Of a DNA stretch of 6,016 nt, positions 1-6,016 are shown one piece after another. The DNA is taken from NCBI RefSeq assembly GCF_006345805.1, contig NW_021829773.1, positions 1 through 6,016 of the forward strand, read 5' to 3'. The notes under the pieces were generated by a model. That model had not been told where the DNA came from, ran no database searches, and worked only from the letters and a program-made list of their open reading frames with translations. The position numbers and the translations under genes were made by a program. This DNA comes from Octopus sinensis. Taxonomy: Eukaryota. Position 1 is the first letter of the stretch. Every line of letters starts with the position of its first letter.

Positions 1-339
1 TGTTTGTGGTTTAAGTTCAAAGGACGCTGTTTTTTGGCTTCTGTTTCGGCTGTTTGCGTTCTGAGACTAAAGCCTGCGATCACACTGGTGCCGTTGTATT
101 TGCCAAACTCAACGACATTTCTCCAGGATTAACATTAGAGTCACGGAGAGGGGAAACTTGATCAAATAAAAACCATGCACAAAACTTCTTGCAAATACCT
201 ACATACATTTGTACATAGACCTAATCAACATTGGTCAACGGAGGGCCCTACATAGGCGAGTTTTGAAAACTTCGCGAACCGCAGGAGTGAGCAGACCACG
301 AATTGTAAAAGAGTTCTACAGCGTTTATATACACCGAAA

Positions 340-510
340 CGAGACAAACCAATCTCAAATCACTGCCTGTCATCTTAAGAAAAATAGAGCATGCATTTAT
401 CAATGTAGTGTCAGGTAGTAAAAGAAAATAAAGGCGTGATTGTCACGGTTGGAATGCCTTTGATTTTAAGTGTTCTCAATTTGGCTCAACACAACAAGAA
501 CAACAACCAC
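340..510 (+). mobile_element. Possible decayed 3' end of a retroposon with an (AAC)n-like tail
   Basis: Ends in CAACACAACAAGAACAACAAC (487-507). Blocks CTCAAATCAC and GTCACGGTTGGAATGCCTTTGAT resemble an octopus repeat recalled from memory. No Pol III boxes seen. Confidence 0.4.
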
Positions 511-649
511 CACACACTCATAGGAGCTTCAAGTTATAATTACAACGTTATTGTAGAAGCAAATTAAAAACAAAACAAGATTAGTCGCCACCCCCTAACC
601 CTGCTCCACTCAATATTTTAATCAATTTCGATTTCGGAGTCATTTCCTT

Positions 650-1050
650 CGTATTAATTAGTAAGAATAATTACCATCGATAATTGATTTTCTTTTCATT
701 ACGAGTGCGAATTTTAAAAGATTAGAAATCTGTGTTGGTTCACACTTAGCACTGTTTTAGCTGGAGAAATCGTCTTATAAACCATTGATTGGTGAAAATG
801 ATGGCGTTGAAAAGCGAATGTTTTTCCAACGCGTTTTTGTCATTTTTCCTTTAATTGCTACGAAGCAGACGATCAGTCAAATTTGATGACAAAAAGAAGA
901 GAAAAAAAAAGACATCCAATTAATAGCATCCTAAGGTGAAACAGGTGCACAAAAGAGACGAAAGCACAAAGGACTGGCTCTTGTTTATTATGTTTTCCCA
1001 TCAAACTGACAAAAGTGTTATGCATCAAGCTTTTATTTCATTACGAGGAG
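650..1050. promoter_or_regulatory. Candidate homeodomain-site-rich cis-regulatory region
   Basis: TAATTR at 655, 668, 681 and 852; CAATTA at 917; TTTCATTACGAG twice (694-705, 1036-1047); TGACAAAA twice; TGATTGG near 786-792. All lie in microsatellite-free unique DNA. Motif evidence only. Confidence 0.3.
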
Positions 1051-1091
1051 GACATTATGTCGGTAGATCCTGGTGCGTTCATTCCACCTGC

Positions 1092-1200
1092 GTATGCGTG
1101 TGTTTGTGTTTGTGTGTGTGTGTGTGTGTACGAATGAGGGTGTATTTGTGTTTCTGTGCGTGTCTATTGTCTGTGTGTGTTATTGTGTGTGTGCCTGTGG
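1092..1200. repeat. Degenerate (TG)n microsatellite
   Basis: Pure (TG)n at about 1111-1129 within TG-rich decayed flanks. Confidence 0.9.
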
Positions 1201-1294
1201 TTTTATATCTGTATGCTGTATACATAAGAGGGATAATTTATGTTATATCTATAAAAAACAAGCAACGCAAGAGGGAAAATAGTACATACATACG

Positions 1295-1296
<2 letters not shown>

Positions 1297-1325
<29 letters not shown>
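1297..1325. repeat. (AT)n, left flank of the Helitron
   Basis: Uninterrupted AT dinucleotide run. Confidence 0.95.
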
Positions 1326-1710
1326 CTAGCAGTATCGCCCGGCGTTGCTCAGGTTTGTAAGGGAAATAACTATAAAGCATTTTTAGAGAGTTATAGCCAA
1401 AAATAGCCAAAAAATGGAAAAAAAATGATGGTAAATTTTTTTTTTGAGAGTAATAAAAGTTGAGTTGCGTCCCCTAGACAGTCTGTGGTTTGTTTTTTTT
1501 ATTCTCGACCCCATGTCGAATTTATCGATTTTTTTAGAACTGGGGGAACTTTTCAAAATTTTCGCTGCGTTAGTTTGAATAATGACATGGGCTATGGTGT
1601 GTCAAGTTTCATCAGAATCGGTTGAAAGCCGTGGTCAGGGTGAGGGTACGAGAAAACAGACACACAGAACACGCACAGACAAACTGCCGTTTATATAGAG
1701 AGAGAAGAGA
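1326..1710 (-). mobile_element. Non-autonomous Helitron (rolling-circle element) with intact termini
   Basis: Minus strand starts A|TC (TCTCTTCTCTCTCTATATAAACGGCAG from 1710) and ends CTAG|T (1329-1326). A GC-rich imperfect hairpin CCTGAGC-AAC-GCCGGG (1353-1338) lies 8 nt before CTAG. Removing 1326-1710 restores an uninterrupted (TA)n, i.e. an A|T target with no TSD. No RepHel coding sequence. The exact 5' TC is slightly ambiguous within the (GA)n run. Confidence 0.85.
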
Positions 1711-1748
1711 TATATATGCGTGTGTGTGTGTGGTGTGTGTGTGTGTAA

Positions 1749-1779
<31 letters not shown>

Positions 1780-1805
1780 TTATACGCATATGTATGTATA
1801 TATAT

Positions 1806-1852
<47 letters not shown>

Positions 1853-1907
1853 TATATATATATGTGTGTGTGTGTATATACACATGTATATTTATTTATA
1901 TATATAT
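1711..1907. repeat. Compound (TG)n/(TA)n/(CA)n microsatellite
   Basis: Alternating TG, TA, CA, TA and TG blocks. Confidence 0.95.
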
Positions 1908-2124
1908 CTCTTTTACTCTTTTATTGTTCCAGTCATTTGACTGCGGCTATGCTAGAGCACCACCTTTAGTCGAACAAATCGATCCCCGGACTTATTTTTT
2001 GTAAGCCTACTACTTATTCTATCGGTCTCTTTTGACGAACTGCTACGTTACATGACGTAGACACGCTACCATCGGATGTCAAGCGATGGTAGGGGACAAC
2101 ACACACACACACACACATACACAC

Positions 2125-2157
<33 letters not shown>

Positions 2158-2304
2158 CGACGGGTTTCTTTCAGTTTCCGTCTACCAAATCCACTCACAA
2201 GGCTTATAGTAGAAGACACTTGCCCAAGGTTCCACGCAGGGGGACTGAACCCAGAACCGTGCGGCTGGTAAACAAGCTACTTACCACACAGCCACTCCTG
2301 CGCC
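1908..2304 (-). mobile_element. tRNA-derived SINE with CORE-like segment, internal microsatellite and (TAAAAGAG)2 tail ('SINE-A')
   Basis: Minus strand: starts GGCGCAGG at 2304, A-box TGGCTGTGTGG (2294-2284), B-box GGTTCAGTCC (2251-2242), then CCTTGGGCAAGTG (2229-2217), which resembles the start of the MIR/CORE domain. Internal (AT)n(GT)n at 2157-2099, structured 3' body, and short tandem tail TAAAAGAG x2 ending at 1908. Joining head and 3' body into one element relies on recalled octopus repeats. Confidence 0.8.
2099..2157. repeat. (AC)n(AT)n internal to SINE-A
   Basis: (AC)n at 2099-2140, then (AT)n at 2141-2157. Confidence 0.95.
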
Positions 2305-2319
2305 TATATATATATATTA

Positions 2320-2363
<44 letters not shown>

Positions 2364-2474
2364 TATATATATTATATATATAATATACCTATATATACTT
2401 ATATACATGTATGTATGCATACACACACACATAGGGACACATATATATATGTATGTATGTATGTATGTATATAT
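2305..2474. repeat. Compound (AT)n/(CA)n/(ATGT)n microsatellite
   Basis: Directly visible; separates the two SINE-A heads. Confidence 0.95.
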
Positions 2475-2484
2475 TCGTATTTGA

Positions 2485-2630
2485 TTGATAAGTGAACTTC
2501 GCATTCATGTAGTTCTGGGTTCGATCCTGTCACGTGGTATGATAAACTAGCGTCTTCTAGTCTAGCCTCACGTCGACCTAAGAGTGGTGAAGGAAATTGT
2601 GCAGTTGAAAATTACGAAGCACCCTAGCGT
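2485..2630 (+). mobile_element. Decayed copy of the SINE-A head, inverted relative to 1908-2304
   Basis: GTTCTGGGTTCGATCCTGTCACGTGG (2512-2537) aligns with GTTCTGGGTTCAGTCCCCCTGCGTGG of SINE-A. CGTCTTCTAGTCTAGCC aligns with TGTCTTCTACTATAAGCC, followed by GAGTGG. Consensus B-box GGTTCGATCC at 2518-2527; A-box not recognisable; boundaries approximate. Confidence 0.6.
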
Positions 2631-3069
2631 ATCGATTTTACCTGTATTCCAAAATTATCCAGCCTTATCGCAGACAAACATGGCGTCGAATCTGCTCGTG
2701 AAATACATAAAGGATTTCGATATCTGTGTAGTACGCAGCCACATAGACGCTAAAGCAATAAGTGCTCAATGAGCTAAGTTGTGTAACCAAAGCAATAATC
2801 AGCGTCGAAAGCGACTGGGGATTTATTTACATTAAGTAAAATATATATCTGCATAAAACAAACTACACTAATTGCCCGATACGAAATACCATACCCATTT
2901 AACTGATAGATGAAAATCTATGCCACAAATGTACAGAATTATTTATAACATAAATTTACGGAATATATATATATGCAGCCATATACGCCGGTGTTTATAG
3001 TTAGAAATTTATTAAAGAAAAAGGCGGGAAATATGCATCGAGAGGTGTTTGCTCCACCAAGAACGGAAG

Positions 3070-3182
3070 ATACACATACATACCTACCTACAAACACATA
3101 CACACACACACACACACGCACAAATACACGCACACATACGTACAAACATATATATATATATATATATATATGGATATATATA
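3070..3182. repeat. Compound (AC)n/(AT)n microsatellite
   Basis: Directly visible. Confidence 0.9.
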
Positions 3183-3420
3183 GTTCAAATTTACAGAAAA
3201 CAAAAGACGAAGACAGGTGTAGAAACAACAAGCAGGTGTGTTAGTTTAACAGGCGGGAAGACTGGAAACGTCGTGGACGTTTCGAGCCTAAGACCTTCGA
3301 CAGAAAGGATTCTGAGGAAAAATGGCCGGGGACAGAACGAAAACAGACAAACGAAAAAAATACAGGAAAAGGAACAAACGGAGAAAGAAAATATGTTGGA
3401 ATTAATGGTTCAACATGATG
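3183..3420 (-). mobile_element. Probable Penelope-like element (PLE) terminal/UTR fragment
   Basis: Minus strand: a long pyrimidine-rich tract, then a hammerhead-like motif ending in CGAAACGT, then about 80 nt that run into (TA)n at 3182. This layout matches PLE pseudo-LTR/UTR ends. No RT or GIY-YIG coding sequence is present. Family assignment is inferred; the upper boundary is approximate. Confidence 0.5.
3266..3308 (-). ncRNA. Degenerate minimal type-I hammerhead ribozyme-like motif (probably inactive copy)
   Basis: Minus: CCUUU-CUGUCGA-A-GGUC-UUAG-GCUC-GAAAC-GUC. The core CUGANGA is present with A6>U plus one extra A. Stem II has 2 Watson-Crick pairs, 1 G-U pair and 1 mismatch. GAAA is followed by a palindromic ACGU stem III and a GUC triplet. 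The stem I partner is missing (CACG where AAAG is needed). Confidence 0.5.
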
Positions 3421-3422
3421 AA

Positions 3423-3714
<292 letters not shown>

Positions 3715-3716
<2 letters not shown>

Positions 3717-3936
3717 GGCAGAAACGTTAGCATGCCGGGCGAAATGCTTAGCGGTACATTTCGTCTGCCGCTACATTCTGAGTTCAAATTCCGCCGAGGT
3801 CTACTTTGCCTTTCATCCTTTCGGGGTCGATAAATTAAGTACCAGTTACGCACTGGGGTCGATGTAATCGACTTAATCCGTTTGTCTGTCCTTGTTTGTC
3901 CCCTCTATGTTTAACCCCTTGTGGGTAATGGAGAAA
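3715..3936 (+). mobile_element. Second tRNA-derived SINE family ('SINE-B'), probably slightly 5'-truncated
   Basis: A-box-like TGGCAGAAACG at 3716-3726 directly after (TA)n; B-box GAGTTCAAATTCC at 3780-3792. Body GCCTTTCATCCTTTCGGGGTCGATAAATTAAGTACCAG (3808-3845) resembles a conserved central domain of metazoan SINEs (exact domain name not assigned). Flanked by (TA)n on both sides. Confidence 0.8.
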
Positions 3937-4018
3937 CATATATATATATTATATATATATGGTTCTGTTCTGTCACTAGGATCTATACTCAATTTATATA
4001 TATATATATATATATATA

Positions 4019-4117
<99 letters not shown>

Positions 4118-4150
4118 GTATACTTATACATGTGTGTGCGTGTGTCTGTG
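3937..4150. repeat. (AT)n arrays grading into (ATGT)n/(GT)n
   Basis: (AT)n at 3937-3960 and about 3995-4105, then ATGT and GT units. Confidence 0.93.
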
Positions 4151-4204
4151 TCTGCGTACTTATATGGCATGTATAATGTACACATAATTATATAATTTCT
4201 GATA

Positions 4205-4360
4205 TTTGCTTTATCTGAATTCAATACAACCGATCAGACGCTGATCGATATCGTTGATTATCAACTGTCGAATGATTGTTGAGTACACGCTTCTCCTATT
4301 TACTAAGATAAATAAATATTTACTCTCCAACACATGCCGGGAATGAAGGGGAGATAAATG
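4205..4360. promoter_or_regulatory. Candidate GATA-site cluster with palindrome chain
   Basis: WGATAA at 4211(-), 4258(-), 4306(+) and 4352(+); overlapping palindromes at 4231-4265. Motif evidence only. Confidence 0.25.
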
Positions 4361-4455
4361 CGCACACCTTAGTGTTTTTGATTAGAGTGTCTCTCTAGTA
4401 TTCCAACTGTACGTTTTACAAATAGTCTGTGTAAATGCAAGTGCATGCAAGCGTG

Positions 4456-4466
4456 CATATATACAA

Positions 4467-4536
<70 letters not shown>

Positions 4537-4597
4537 TTCTAATTCTGTTTCATTCTCTCTCTCGCGCTCTCTTCTCGTCTCTCTCTCTCTCTCTCTC
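4456..4597. repeat. (AT)n followed by (CT)n
   Basis: (AT)n at about 4456-4534; (CT)n at about 4554-4597. Confidence 0.93.
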
Positions 4598-4626
4598 GCC
4601 GCACACGCACACAGGCTTATTGAGAA

Positions 4627-4659
4627 ATAGACAGATAGATAGATAGATAGATAGATAGC

Positions 4660-4698
<39 letters not shown>

Positions 4699-4715
4699 AT
4701 AGATGAGATAGATAA

Positions 4716-4761
<46 letters not shown>

Positions 4762-4910
4762 TAGATAGATAATAGATAGATAAATACATAGCTAGCTGCA
4801 GATAGATACATAATAAATACATACCAACTACATACATACATACATACATACATACATACATTCATACATACATACATACATACATACATGCATACATGCA
4901 TACATACGTA
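4627..4910. repeat. Compound tetranucleotide array (AGAT)n then (ACAT)n
   Basis: (AGAT)n at about 4627-4790, a mixed junction, then (ACAT)n at about 4830-4906. Confidence 0.97.
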
Positions 4911-5077
4911 GATACATAGATATCCACAGTGAAACAGTTCGATAGAGATATAGATATAAAAAATGTAGATACTCATATGTAAATGTATGTTTATATATAT
5001 ACATAATCAACCCAAACACATGGAAGTTTAATTATACGTTTGTGTACATTCTGTGTTGAGGAGCGTGGGTGTGGGCA

Positions 5078-5175
5078 TACATACATATATACATACATAC
5101 ATTTATGTATGTGTATATATTTATGATATATAGATGTATGTATGTACATGCGTGTATGTTTGTATATGCGTGTGC
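5078..5175. repeat. Degenerate (ATAC)n/(ATGT)n
   Basis: Directly visible, decayed. Confidence 0.8.
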
Positions 5176-5498
5176 TGCTTTCGTGTTTTAAAGCAGAAAT
5201 GCAAGTGTAATAGAAGCGTACTCAATACCCACCTAATAATATATTTAAATATTTACGTATTCTGTAAAAGTATGTGACAACAGAGACATTACGTGTATCC
5301 ATTGATCTCTGCGCTTCGATTCAACACATTAAATCTATTGAATCACATCACATATAGCTTGTATCATGCTATAGATATTTCGATACCCATCTATCTTTTC
5401 AGAGTATGTTTGGATTCTAGAAATCTTTTCAAATAGGCCCGTCTCTTCAAAGTTTTTGCTATCTAATTCTACGTTACTGTTGGCCTTATACAAAACGC

Positions 5499-5584
5499 AT
5501 ATATATGTGTGTGTGCGTGTGTGTGTGTGTGCTTGTGTTATATATAATATATATATATATTATATATATAATAATATTATATTA
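5499..5584. repeat. (AT)n/(GT)n/(AT)n microsatellite
   Basis: Directly visible. Confidence 0.9.
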
Positions 5585-5665
5585 ATCAGGCAATAATCTA
5601 GTAGCTCTACGTCGGCAAAAAGTAAAATTAGTTCAGTGAACATCTCGTGAGGATTGGGACTTGAA

Positions 5666-5819
5666 ATATGATATATGTTTATACATAAATACATGCATGT
5701 ATGTATGTATGTATGTATGTATGTATGTATGTATGTATGTATGTATGTATGTATGTATGTACGTACGTATGTATGTATGTATTTATGTATGTATGTATGT
5801 GTGTATGTATATATACATA

Positions 5820-5859
<40 letters not shown>
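5666..5859. repeat. (ATGT)n then (AT)n
   Basis: (ATGT)n at about 5697-5800; (AT)n at about 5823-5855. Confidence 0.97.
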
Positions 5860-5860
<1 letters not shown>

Positions 5861-5983
5861 TGGCCTGCTCGCTTAGCCAGTGGGGTGGCGTCATTTGAAG
5901 GCTAAAACACTGCGAAGCGCATTGTGACCAGTGATGCGTAGCAACATCGGATAGCCTGGTCGGTAACGGTGATCACGGTGATA
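5860..5983 (+). mobile_element. Probable SINE/LINE 3' portion with short tandem tail
   Basis: GC-richer island that follows (AT)n and ends in ACGGTGAT x2 (5966-5973, 5975-5982). Short tandem 3' tails are typical of non-LTR retroposons. The sequence resembles a recalled octopus repeat; no head identified. Confidence 0.45.
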
Positions 5984-6016
5984 TGTACATATTTAGAAAA
6001 AAATGAAAGGGGCACA

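Noticed and set aside
209-418. 69-aa ORF
   Set aside because: Short, non-ATG start, no recognisable homology, and it overlaps a probable decayed repeat.
412-445. miRNA-like seeds (AGGTAGTA, let-7-like; TGATTGTC, miR-219-like)
   Set aside because: Matches are only about 8 nt, the rest of the mature sequence is absent, and there is no precursor hairpin.
593-602. CCCTAACCCT telomere-like sequence
   Set aside because: Fewer than two units; expected by chance.
2242-2304. tRNA gene (also considered for 3716-3792)
   Set aside because: A/B boxes are present but there is no full cloverleaf, and the sequence continues into SINE bodies. These are SINE heads.
5318-5344. 7-bp inverted repeat GATTCAA/TTGAATC
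   Set aside because: AT-rich, isolated and expected by chance.
5390-5409. Splice-acceptor-like TCTATCTTTTCAG followed by GTATGT
   Set aside because: It would define a 1-nt exon. No downstream open exon with a credible donor was found.

Overview
Non-coding, AT-rich, microsatellite-saturated eukaryotic DNA (intron or intergenic). The SINE families resemble repeats I recall from octopus genomes; this taxon call is an inference from memory, not a search result. No credible protein-coding exon: nearly all ORFs in the track are translations of (TA)n, (CA)n/(TG)n, (ATGT)n or (AGAT)n, or of repeat fragments. Supported features: a 385-bp non-autonomous Helitron with both termini, 3' hairpin and A|T target (1326-1710, minus); a tRNA-headed CORE-like SINE with an internal microsatellite (1908-2304, minus); a decayed inverted copy of its head (about 2485-2630); a second tRNA-headed SINE family (3715-3936); two weaker retroposon remnants; and a probable Penelope-like terminal fragment carrying a degenerate minimal hammerhead-ribozyme motif (3266-3308, minus). 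Best leads: the hammerhead relic, a sequence/hairpin module shared by two SINE families (and echoed in the Helitron), and two regularly spaced TF-motif clusters in unique DNA.
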